This document shows positions 13,506 to 26,711 of a DNA stretch of 64,000 bases, piece after piece. Under the pieces are notes generated by a model, which was not told where the DNA came from, did no database searches, and was given only the letters and a program-made list of their open reading frames with translations. Both the position numbers and the translations under genes were made by a program. This DNA is from Magallana gigas (taxonomy: Eukaryota): positions 16,616,001-16,680,000 of the forward strand of contig NC_088853.1 in assembly GCF_963853765.1 (NCBI RefSeq). Direction: 5' to 3'. Each line of letters opens with the position of its first letter. Position 1 is the first letter of the stretch.

Positions 13506-16500
13506 CAGGCAGAGAGACAAAGAGGGAGATTGAGATTATTTATATTATAGATGTACCAAGGATCCTACACAGAATGAAGATGATAGAGAGAGAGAGAATG
13601 AAAAAGCCGGTCATTCAAATTATTGTAGAAGATATGTGCCATGTAAGGGAGAAAGAGGAGGTGGAGGTGTGTCTGGGTTTTTTGATGCCCCAATATTTAC
13701 AATGCTGTAATAACATTAAATAAAGCTAGCATTTCTCTCTGTATTTCAGTGAATGTGAAGGTTTGCAGTATTCGGGTGGTGGTCTGTCTTGATTTCCTGA
13801 TGCCCCTCGCTGACTTCTTCACCAGTGGACTCCCAGACTCCAAACCTGCCCCGCCCACTACAGGAAACGCCCACTCCAAAGGTACAATTTAAGAGAAACA
13901 AACAGACAGATTAAACTAATAACAATAAGTGAAAAACATATGATTCATAAGTAAGTCTGGTTTTATTTGGTGTTTCATGGGGTTATGCTTCTTTTCAATT
14001 TAAAAGTTTGATTTTCTATGTACATATAGTATGATATGGGTTATTATTAAATGACGGTGGCTACACCATACAAACCTCAGCCCCATCTCCCCGTGATAAG
14101 ATTTACTCCTCTTGATTTTCAATGTAATATAATGAGTTATTATTGATTGACAGTGGCTACACCATCCAAAGCTCCGCCCCCGCCTCCCCCTACAAGTGAG
14201 ATGTCAGTAACTGTCAGCATGGAGACGCCAGAGATCATCCTGATAGAGGACCAGATGGACCCCGCCTCCAACTCACTCCTACTCAGTGTATGTATCGAAC
14301 CAGATATCTTGCGTAGATATCAACTCATTACTATTATGTGTATTTTATGTATTGAACCAGATATCTTGTGAAGATATCAACTCATTACTATTATGTGTAT
14401 TTTATGTATTGAACCAGATATCTTGTGAAGATATCAACTCATACTATTATGTGTATGACTGTATAAAACCATAAAATGATAATTATGCCCCCCTTTGAAG
14501 AAGGGAGGGCATTGTTGCTTTGCTGCTGTCTGTCGGTCGGTCTGTCGATCGGTCCACCAACAGTTTCCATTCATTTTCTTCACAGATGATGAACATATTG
14601 GAATGAAATTTGGTATACAGGTTTATCAAGATAATATCTAGGTCAAGTTCGATAATGGGTAAGATCGAGCAATTTTCGACAGAGTTATGGCCCTTGGATG
14701 TAGAAAAATTCCAGTTATTTGCAGTTTCCACTCATTTTCTTCGCAGAGGATGAACATATTGGAATGAAATTTGGTATACAAATTTATCATGATAATATCT
14801 AGGTCAAGTTCGATATTTGGTACAATTGAAAATTTTTTGACAGAATTATGGCCCTTGGATGTAGAAAAATTCCAGTTACTTGTATTTGCAGTTTCCACTC
14901 ATTTTCTTCACAGAGGATGAACATATCATAAGGAAATTTGGTATACAGGTTTCGTTATCATGATAATATATACCTCAATTTCGATATTGGGTGCAATCGA
15001 GCAATTTTCGACAGAGTTATCCTCCTTGGACTTAGAAAAATTCCAGTTATTTGCAGTTTACGTTGACTTCATTTTCTTTGTGGATGTTTCCAAGGGAGGG
15101 GGGCATAAGTGTTTCACAAACATCTCTTGTTGTATTTGTGATTCAGATATTTACATCCTTTCAATTTACAGATGGGGGTGGAGTTCAGAATGAGGGTGAC
15201 GCCGGAAACCCAGGATATGTCAGCCAGTGTCAACAGTCTACAGATTGCCTCGGCCATATTTAATGAGAGAGAGAAACGCAGGGCTCAGGTAATGTACTAC
15301 ATAAAACATTCTGAAGATTCCTTTATTTGAGTTCAAAATTTTGTGATTCTGGCATTTTAATCAAATTGCTAAATAAATTGATTTCAAGTTGCCTGACCCA
15401 TTTGATATCTGGTTTTGCAGATCCTGAATCCCTGTGATATATCCTTCTACAGCAAGACGCCGCAAGGGAAATCCCCTCACATGGACATCTCAACATCTGA
15501 TCTCATACTCAATATCTCACCCCGAACAATAAGAACGATCACTCTCATTACAGCAAATCTATCCAAACAGGAAGTAAGTCTGAACACAATCTATCCAAAC
15601 AGGAAGTAAGTCTGAACACAATCTATCCAAACAGGAAGTAAGTCTGAACACAATCTATCCAAACAGGAAGTAAGTCTGAACACAATCTATCCAAACAGGA
15701 CCAGCATCTTAACATGCTTAAATAACAAAAGCTATCAAGATTGAAAGTAAATCTTGAGAGAATTTATCCAAACATGCAGTACATTTTTAACAAGAAATCA
15801 TATTGACGCAAGCGTCAAATGGGCCGCAAAAAATATAATTGTTGTATGAATCATTGGTTGTTTACAGAAAAACATACCACAAAGAAGAAAATGAGAGTTG
15901 GTTGTACTAATTTTTATGGTAAATTTTAATATACTTTTAGCAACTTTTTTTGAAGTTTAACATTTTACTATTATCATAAAGAATCGATTTCGTTTTTGTA
16001 AGCATTTTTAACGGAAGTTGTATGATCATTGCCATAGTATGAAGTAATGGAGAACACATTGATTTGTACATTACTCTAATACAAAGTTCAACTCATCATT
16101 TGAAATTTCTCTGGGAGATTATGTATTTCAAACCATTTTGGGGTTTTTTTTTGTTGCATTGTATTGAATGAAAACTTAATGCATTAGTTTAATATATGAT
16201 TTCAAGGGACGTCATAATAAAATAAAAATGGATTAGTTCAAATTTTCCAGTCAATTCAAATTTTCATTTCTGTCATATTCTTGCGTAAATAATTGATATA
16301 ATGTCATTTCATGATACTTTCTACCACAGTTTACATGGAAATATAATAAATACACACGCAAAGTCATTTTATTTGACACGGCACATAGAAATTCAAATAT
16401 ATCATTTATATAAAATTTAATGACATTCAGGTCTTTAGTATTTCAGGTCTTTAGTATGTCCCGCATACCGATTTGAAAAGAATGAAGAACTCCGAAATTT

Positions 16501-19500
16501 TCCGAGTAGATTATAGTCTCGATAAAAACGCGCCGAATACGACAATCTACAAAGTATGACCTACTTTTCATTTACGAGTAAAACAAAAAATATGTGATAT
16601 TTTCTAAAAGGCATAAAACATATTTCTACATTCAAATTTACTTTTAATTCATAAAAATAAGCATAGTATTAATTCTACTAAAAAAGAACTATCCCGCAGA
16701 AACGCAGTAACAATATTTAAATGTGTATCAAATAACGGACCGCCTTCAGAACCTTAACAGAACCTATCCAAACAGGAAGTAAGTCTTAACAGAATCTATC
16801 CAATTACTAGGAAGTGCGGTATATCTTACTAGTCTTTTCAATCCCTCTTGATCAGCATATTTTTCAGGTAGTAAGTCTTGAATGATCTATTCAATATTTG
16901 ATGATTGGTTAAGAAAAATTAGGATACGCAAGGAAGTCTTCAACATTGATTTGTCAAGATGTGATTGATGATTGAAATTTTTCATTAAAAGGAAGCTGAA
17001 AATGACAAGGAAAAGCAAAAAGTTCCCGCGGATTTATGGAATACAAAAAAACTCTCGGAGCGGAAATTCTGGTTCCTGAAGGATGCGTCGGCAGAGGAAT
17101 TGCCAGACATTGACCTGTTCCCGTCCGATATCACATTAGATGAGATTGAGCGCGGAGAGCAAGTAAGTATAAATGTGGGAAAGTTTTACTGGTGTATTTT
17201 ATTGTAAATGTAATATGATGGAGTCCATTTGTTGTTTTGAATTCCTGATAACATATATTATGTAAGTCAGATAAATGCAAAATGCACATTGGGTATTGTT
17301 TCAGATATTATCTTATTAAAAAAATGAAACCTTCACCGCTTAGTAATATGTTCCAGATGTTCATATAGTTCCCTGACACTGCGACGCAATATGTCATTAT
17401 CAACTTTTAATGAGAATCTGTGATGACCTTCTTAAGAAATGTGGACATATTCTTTTAAGAAATAATATTTAAATCCCCATCTATGATTGACAACTTACTA
17501 ATAACTTAGCTTGTTAACTAACAATTAATCCCTACTTCTTTGCTAACCAGTTTTTCATTGGTTCTGTATATGGTTCATTCTAGGGCCCTTCTGAAATGGT
17601 AAAGCAATGTTCCGCACGACTGCACGTCTCATACTGTTGTTGCTATATTATACCTGTCTCATTGTCTACTCGTAACTGTCCTTGATTTATTGTACTCATC
17701 ATGGTCCAAATCAGCATCCCCCGTCACCTGTGTACATGTTTATGTGTATGTTTGTGGCATGTAGAATGTTCTCTATATCAATCATTTCAGGAAATTTACA
17801 TATACAGTAAAACATGGGTTATATCGAACTTCCAGGGACAGGCGATTTCGCTTTGTTATAAGAGTAATTTGTTATATCCATTAAGTTTACAACGTACAAT
17901 TTTGTCACGGGGAATGAAAATCACTTCACTGTAAACGTCAATTCTTTAATAGTGTTTTACTGTTTAATTTTCCCAGTTCATGCCATATCAATGCTTGGTG
18001 GGTTGTTGCAGTGCATTGAATTCACTTCCCTTGTCCCACGCCCCCCCCCCCCCCCCTTTCCTCCCAACCAACTCCAATATCCCCCTCCATTGATCTCAAC
18101 TTCCACCTAACCTGCTCCACCATTCTATTTGAAATTTTTAAAGTGTTTTTGCCCAAGTTGTTGATTTTTAAAATATGAGTGAACATTTTATGTAAGAAAA
18201 ATATATACAAACTTAAGTTAACTTATATCAAGTTGGGTGTTATCTCTTTAAAGTTTTAATAGCTGAATATGCTTAATAAAGAAAAAATGCATGCTCAAAA
18301 AACACATTTTCTTTTGAATTCATTTTATATTTAATATCTGAATGATATTGTGATTGCTACATGTTTAGAAAACGCATGAATTGATAAAGGTTGGTTTGTA
18401 TACATTTTCTACCAGATGAGTGCTTCTCTTGTTTGCCTCAAATAATGTTACAATATGGTGTTTGCATTTCTGAAGATAATGGTAGATTTAGAAACTGTGT
18501 GATTTTCCCTGATCTTTATTTTTCTTACAGACACTCGATAATACACTTATATTGTATAAACACTTTTAAATACACTTACTGTCTCTCATCTCATTAGTTT
18601 ATAGATCTGTATGTAATCAAAATATTGACATTGCTGTGTATAATGTTATTATATATAATTTATTGTTGTTTTGAATGTCAGACGTATACTGAAAACTAAC
18701 TTTTATTTGTGTGCGAGAAATTTTTCACAAGGTTTGTGATTTGCAAGAGACTTGTCATAAATATTTCTCACTGCAAACCAGTCCTTACCTGTTAATAACG
18801 ACATGGGTGTGGATAAGACTTTATCGTAAAAATAAGTCACCATGAACCAGTTTATCTCGAGCAAATTGCCAAATAAAACTGTCACAAAAAAGTTGGTTTA
18901 CAGTATTTTATTGTGACACAGAGATCTGACTTTTTGGCTCACACACAATTAAATTAAACCGTGATTAATCTAACATTATGCAATAATTTGTACAGCTAGA
19001 TTTAAGTGATAAAGTCTCCATTACTATAATTGTGAAACATGGAAATACGGTATAAACCTTTCATTTTATGAAAAAAGCCAATTGTTTACTTCAAGACTTT
19101 TTCATGCCAAGCATTATAGGTATTTCTCTGAAAAAGAATGATAATTTTCACCTCTAATTTCTTTAGTTAGTCTCATCAGAAATAGATCAAGTCAGCGTTA
19201 TAAAGATTAATTTTGTATAATTACATTTAATAAAAAATTGTGAGCACATCGAAGCTTTGCTGATTGATAAATGATTTCTGTGTCTGTTAACAGCTGATTA
19301 TAAAGGTCCCCAACATCGTGGTGAAGCTGGAGGGAGGGGTGGGGAAGCGCACTGTACCCCTGCTGATTGCTGAGACCTCTTTTGATGCCCAGGTCAGGGA
19401 CTGGAGTTCTAAGGTAGGTGACTATTGTTGTATACAGTCGATACACCAAAATTGTCATTGTGGATAACTTCTCTCAAATCCCTGTTCTCTGGCATATGAA

Positions 19501-22500
19501 TTTGGATCTTAGGATGCTGTAAACAGGATTATTTTTGCCTTGTGTTATTTTTGCCTTTAATCACTTGCAAACTGTTTCACCCTGTCTTGAATTTGGCCAG
19601 ACACAGTTGTGTTTAAAGAGAGAATACTTGAGACAAAGAATTTGATCAGTCTTAAATTTGCTTGATGAAAACGAGGGCAAAAGGGATGAAAATAAAACAG
19701 GGATTAATATTTCTCTGTATACAGTAGAGTTTAGAAGAAATATTGATTCAGACCAGTTTTTCTAGGATGGAGTTTAAAGGGCAATGTACATAAACAATCA
19801 ATGTAAATTGCGTGGGTGCAAAATTAAAAACCTTTAATTTCTCCCCCCACCCACCCACACATACACAGATATTAGCCTCTGAACTTGCTTTTGTTTTTCA
19901 GCTTGAAGTGGAGAGTAACATGCGGCTGGAGGTGGCGTTCTACAACGAGAAGTTGTCTGTCTGGGAGTCCCTGGTGGAACCTGTGGTGGAGAACGGGAAA
20001 ATGAAGAAGTGGGATCTGGGACTACAGGTAGGAATGAGGGATTAGAGGTAGGATTGTATCATTGAATTGGATTTGAGACTACAGGTTGGTTTAAGTCAGT
20101 GAGTAGGATCTGGGACTACAGGTTGGTTTAAGTGAATGAAGGGGATCTGGGACTACAAGTTGGTTTAAGTCAATGAGTGGGATCTGGGACTATAGGTTGG
20201 TTTAAATCAATTAAGGGAATCTGGGACATTTTGGTTTAAGTGAATGAAGGGGATCTGGGACTACAGGTTGGTTTAAGTCAATGAGTGGGATCTTGGATTA
20301 CAAGTTGGTTTATGTCAATGAATGGGATCTGGGACTACAAGAAGGTTTAAGTCAATGAGTGGGATCTGGGACTACTACAGGTTGGTTTAAGTTAATGAAG
20401 GGGATCTTGGACAACAGGTTGGTTAAAGTCAATGAATGGGATCTGGGATTACAGGTTGGTTAAACTCAATGAAGGGGATCATGGACTACAGGTAGGTTTA
20501 AGTCAATGAGTGGGATCTGGGACTATAGGTTGGTTTAAGTCAATGAAGGGGATCTGGGACTACAGGTAGGTTTAAGTCAATGAGTGGGATCTGGGACTAC
20601 AGGTTGGTTTAAGTCAATGAAGGGGATCTGGGACTACAAGTTGTTTTATGTCAATGAAGGGGATCTGGGACTACAAGTTGGTTTATGTCATTGTGATCTA
20701 TGATTACAGACAGGAAGTATTGAGTGGGATGTGGAATCATGGGTAGGAATATATAATGGAGTGGGATCTGGAATAACTTTGAAGAAATATTGTTTTGTTC
20801 TGGTATTTGGGGTTTCAGGTAGAAAATATAAGATGATATCTATGGATTTCTGGTAGAAAATATTAAGTTGGATCTGGAATCATACTGGAAATATTGAGTA
20901 GGATCTAATATTACTGATTGGTAAATATGTCAGGAAAGTTTGTAATATGTTGGGTTTGAGATTACAGGTGGGAGTATTTGCCTAGGATCTGGAATTGTCT
21001 GTAGTAAATATTCAGTTCTAAGATTTGGGATTAATTGAAGAGGATTCATAAAAAAATGATTGATAATACAAAAAAACGAACAAGAATTCAGAAAGAAGAA
21101 AAAGATGTAAAAAGATAGTTGAACTTCTTATCAAATTTTTAATTGATAAAGTCTGTCTTGATATGTTAGATAACGAAGAATGATGAACTAGCTCCAGAGG
21201 ATGATGAAGAGGATGAAGACTCCAAGAACATTGTGTTACCCCCGCCCAAAATGTCAATTAACGTCCGCTCCAATGATCCAATGGAAGTGACTGTTACAAA
21301 GACTTGTCTGGAGGTCCTCAATAACTTGGCTAAGGTAGGCAGTAGGGGAATTTTTTATTGAATTCAAGATTTGAGAATATGAAAATGGATTACTTGAACT
21401 GCAAAATACATTTTAACAAATTTTGTTACAATTTAATAATATTGTTAAATTTAAATATAAATTATTTTCTGGTGGGGGGATTAGAGAGCCTTAATTGAAT
21501 GTATATCTCCATTTTGCTTTTCTTACAAATATGTAACATTCACTGTACAATTTCTCTCTCAGCATTCACATATTTTTACAGACTTCTTGCTTCATTGGAG
21601 GATTTTTGAAATGACTTCTAATCTACAATACCATTTATATACTATATATCAATTACATTTCAGGCATTTGGAGATGCCTACAGACTTGTTGCGCCGGCAG
21701 AAGAGGCAGGGAAGATCCTGTCACCTTACGTCATCTACAACAATACAGGACTACCTGTTGTTCTCAAACTGGACAATGCTTTTGAGGTCAGTAGTCGTTA
21801 GTGTGTGTATCACTCTATTTATACCAATTTATACTGTAGTTTCATTAATATTCAAGGGTATCAATTTTCGTAGATTAAGTGAAAATCACAGTTTCAAGGA
21901 TACGTAAATTCGTGGCCAATGACCCCATCAATACAAATTTTAATAGACTAGTAGAAATTGCACTTCAATGAGCTTTAAATTTCATGGATAAACTAAACAA
22001 CGAAATCCATGAAAATTGGTATTCAGCAAATATTGATGAAACCACAGTATGAGGGGTGATCAGAGGTTGGATGATGGGATGTTGATTTGGTCAAACCTGT
22101 TTTTCAATAACATTAATTTTTCTTTCTATTAAAGTTTGAAGTTGACAAAATGGAGACTAAAATTTAGTTGACAGTTCATTGCTTCTTGTAAAATAAAACT
22201 GTGAAATTGTCAGTTTTTTAAACCAATTTCAGGGTCAAAAATATTTTCAAGGACAAATGTGATAATGTATGCTGAGGAAGTTTTGGTGTTGCCATACCCT
22301 CAATCTGCTAATTTCAAAATATTGTTCTATTCAGATGCCTCCTGAAGTGAAAAATGGCAAGGTGACCCTGGAAACAGATCAATCACTTCCTCTTTATGGA
22401 CGGCAAAAGGCTGTACTGAAACGACAGGCATCGGTCATCAAAGCCACACAGGAGGGCGACGAGAAAAAGTTCATCTTTCAGGTGTGATATTCAATCTACG

Positions 22501-25500
22501 CTTAATTTTAACATATATAAGAACCCTCTTTAAAAAAAGATGCTTTCTTAGTTTATCTTGTTTAATTTGATCTTGCAAAAAATATACAAGCTTTAAAATC
22601 GCAAGTTATAGTATAGTACAGAAAATGCATGCAAATAATTTGTTTTCAATTATTTGATCTTTGTCTGAAATTATTGCATCAAGGGAATATTAAAGGCATA
22701 AGAATATACATACATGTATTCATTGAAACTTGTGGATCTGACAACATATTCATCATAGTCATGTAGAATTGATTATGTTGTCAATTACTTTGCAATAGAA
22801 AAATGTTGTGAATGTACATGTACGTGTATTTCTAAAGATGTACTTTATTGAAACTCATGGAATTTCATCATTTGTGCATAACCAAAAAAATGGTGTGACT
22901 CTATTGGTATGTTACAGATTGAGCAATTTGGAGCTACGCGAGAGGTGACGATTAAACGTTCTGAGAGACGACTGTACCCAGTCAACCATAAGACGTATCC
23001 AGGTGATACGTGGGCCGTAGTCTGTAGTATTGAGGCTCCCATTGGTCAGAAGATTCTTCATCTTCGCTCCATTGTACAGGTAGAGTGGCACTTGCTTGAA
23101 CAGGTTGTGTTTGCTCCTTTGTCTAACTTATTGACTATCTATAACTTTATCAGATCTATTGAAGTATGGAATTATCAAGACTTTTGTGTCTTTTGAATAT
23201 TAAATGCTCATGCAGAATTAGAGCCGTTTTACAAGAGCTTGGACTTTGGGTGATGCCCTATTGATAGTCCCAGGTCTTGTTAGAATGGTTCTAATTCGTA
23301 GATTGGCTATAGATTAACAGAGTTGCAATCTGAAATTGTTTAGATCTCCTAGCTGATTAGCTGGCAAGTTAATCATTAAATGATTAATGTTCATGCAGGA
23401 TTTATTCCTTTGGTCGGTTGTAGATGAAGAACCACCTCCCTAATGCGGTGGAGCTGTTTTCCCGGCACGGACAGGATGTGAAGTCGTGCGGGGTCATTGA
23501 GCCCGGGGAGAAGTTTAACGTTCCCCTGTCTGACGTCTACACCCCGGACGGATACTTCCTCCTGAAACCCAAGGACAGTGGGTAAGTACTTACAGCATCA
23601 ATGTGTTGAAAATAAACAGAAAACACAATGACATGCAAGACAACAATTTTAGAATAAAATGCAGAATCTAAGACATTAAAACTAGTCTGGGATGCAAAAT
23701 GTTGACCGTCTAGGTGTGCACTCAGGTGTAGCAATTATAAAAGTTAATACACCTAGTACTGATAACGCTTCATTATATGAAAATCAGGCTGGCAGTTTCA
23801 TTTTCAGTTTTTTTTAGGGTTTTGTTAACTTTAGAATTGGTATGATAACATAATCTACTACCGTATTTTTCCGACGATTAGTCGGTATTTTTTTTCTCTG
23901 AAGCAGAGCACCCGACTTATTGTATTCCAGGTGTGAAATGTCCATGACCCCGTTCTCTTGGAGAGGTGCAGAAAACTCTCCAAAAGTGTACCTCTCTTGT
24001 AAATTCAACGACGGCTCCGATTATGTCATCTGTGTAAGTGAAATCAATTAAGAAGGCAACATGCTGTCAATAATTTTAATGAAAATCCTTGAATTTCTTA
24101 CCTTTAATTTGTCTGTAAAAATTTATCTTGCAAAACTGAAAATATAATCTAGAATATTTGTACATACAAGTTTTAGTAGAGCATGCCAAAAAAATAGTCA
24201 TGATGTTGCTGATTCTGTCAAAGGGACAGAGTAAAGGATATTTTCAGAACTTGTGCCAAATACCATTCTCAATGTTGCAATTATATCTTTAAAACATTCC
24301 ATTGAATTCATGGAAAACTTTTTTCGAAACTTGTCACGCTCTATTTTTCTCAATGATAACTCTCCCTTTTAAAAGTGTTTCAGGGGACGTAAGAATTTTA
24401 ATTTCTCTTCATTGAATACAGGTGAGGTCGGAAGTGATTAACGTCTACTTTGATGAGACGGAGGAACTGTCGTCAAAGACATACCTGTTCCACCTGTCTC
24501 CCACCATTGTGTTCCACAACCTGCTGAATATTCCCGTTACCTTCCTCCTAGAGGTATGCTATATACTCTTTATTAAGTACAGTAACCACTATATTAAAAC
24601 AAATATTACTGCTCTGATTTCAGGCATGCTTTAAAATTGAATGACTGTCAGAAACAATGAAATGTGATTTGATTTTTTGGTAAATCAAATTATAATAAGT
24701 TTTTCAATGGCCTATGTCATGTATTATACAGTTGATTATGCTCAGAGATGAAATACATTTTCATCAGATTGCTAAATCTATGGTGAAATTAGATTGATAT
24801 TAATTTCCAAAATGATTGTAAATTCAAATACATTTTCTTTATGAAAGAGAACATAGACTAGTAATTTTAAATTTTTCATTTGAAAATTAAAGCTGCTTGG
24901 TCCGATTTTATATCAAACTTTATGCACACTTTTAAACGATTGCTCTGCTTAGTATATGTATAATAATAAGACATTGCAGTAGTTTTACCCGTCAATTATG
25001 CCAAATTTCAATGAAGAAAAATACATACAAAATTTGCTAACAAAACAAACAACATTAAAAGGTACCGCGTAATTTCGCCTCATGTTAAATTTCACTGAGA
25101 CGGGTATGGTTGTATTACGAATTTGGCATCGCTTTGCTTTAAATAAAGGTCGAAATGATCAGACAAATTACAAATAAACATATGTACGTTTTGTTTGCTA
25201 ATATTTCCAAAGTCTGCTTTCTTTACAATCGATGCAAAGCATGCGGGTTGAATAACCCCAATCAATCAGGGGACGAAACCAATCGGTTTCCTTTTCTAAT
25301 CATTCCCGTGATGCATTTTTGTTTGTTTTTTCATTTGCCCAAAGAGAAATTATTTTTATTTACTTTGAATATTTCTAACTTTGAAAGACTGATTTTGCTG
25401 GTGTAAATAGGAGGAAGTCCATAACTTTCTCAGATAAATGATTTGTATGAAAAAAAAATTTGATACTGTAATTACAAAAAAATCGGACTAAGCAGCTTTA

Positions 25501-26641
25501 AGATAGAATGCAGAATGGAAGATTCATATTAATTATTTTTCCCAAGGGAATGGCATCGGAGGTGTCCCTAGGTAAAGGAGAGAACAAACCACTGCTTCAC
25601 GCCATGCCGGGACAGTCCCACATAGAAGTCAAGGTAAGGTCTGATGGGCCTCCGGATAGGGTCTCGGGAAAAACATTGTTAAATAAATATAATTCAGTAT
25701 GTTTAGGTGGAGTTGTTTTAAAGTCTGTGGTATTATACAAAAAAAATTTTGACCATAAAAGATTTTTTAAAAATTATGAATTCAGCATTAATTTTTGCAA
25801 ATATGCAGCATAAACTGTTGTTCATATTTATTTTTAATTCTCAATATATTTTTTTTTTTTGAAAAAATTTTCTGTAGATCCCAGCGTATCAAGATCTGGA
25901 GTGGCATGGAACACAGCTTCTCTCCACGGAGTTTCCGGAACTATCCATGTGGACCTTCAGTGCTTTATTCAAAGGATCCCAGAAAATTTCCTTGGTAAGG
26001 CCTTATCGTACACTATGTAAAGTGTACTTCATTATGTCTTGGCACTTTGTGCAGTGAAAGTAATTTCAATTCCAGTGAATTTGTTACAAGAACCATAGAT
26101 ACTGAAATTGTCTTTGTTTTTAGAACTACATTGTAAAGAAAGCAAATGATGTTTTAATATTTCTAGTCAATGTCTTGACTTTATTTTAAATACTGTACAA
26201 GACTGAATGCACTGTAAATGAAGACAGTGAGGAATGTTTTATTATCCCCATAATGGCTTTTCTTTAATTTACACTTTCACAGGTTTAAGGTCTTGTGTAA
26301 TGACTTGACAATTTATTTAAATCTCTATTACAGATTTTAGGACTGCACTGTAGTCTTGTGTATTGACTTGACAATTTATTTAAATCTCTATTACAGATTT
26401 TAGGACTGCACTGTAGTCTTGTGTAATGACTTGACAATTTATTTAAATCTCTATTACAGATTTTAGGACTGCACTGTAGTCTTGTGTAATGACTTGACAA
26501 TTTATTTAAATCTCTATTACAGATTTTAGGACTGCACTGTAAGGAAAATGAGGGATGTCTAGATATGTCTATTTATAGTCCGTACTGGATGGTCAACAAA
26601 ACTGGAATGACTCTATATTACAAGGTTTGTATTGTGAATGC

Positions 26642-26711
<70 letters not shown>

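Noticed and set aside
16989-16992. Weak AAAG acceptor suggesting a mis-called exon
   Set aside because: Frame and the VPS13-like LW..K...WFL content support it as real.
26285-26500. Minus-strand ORF with a 21-aa repeat
   Set aside because: It is the antisense reading of the 63-bp acceptor repeat.
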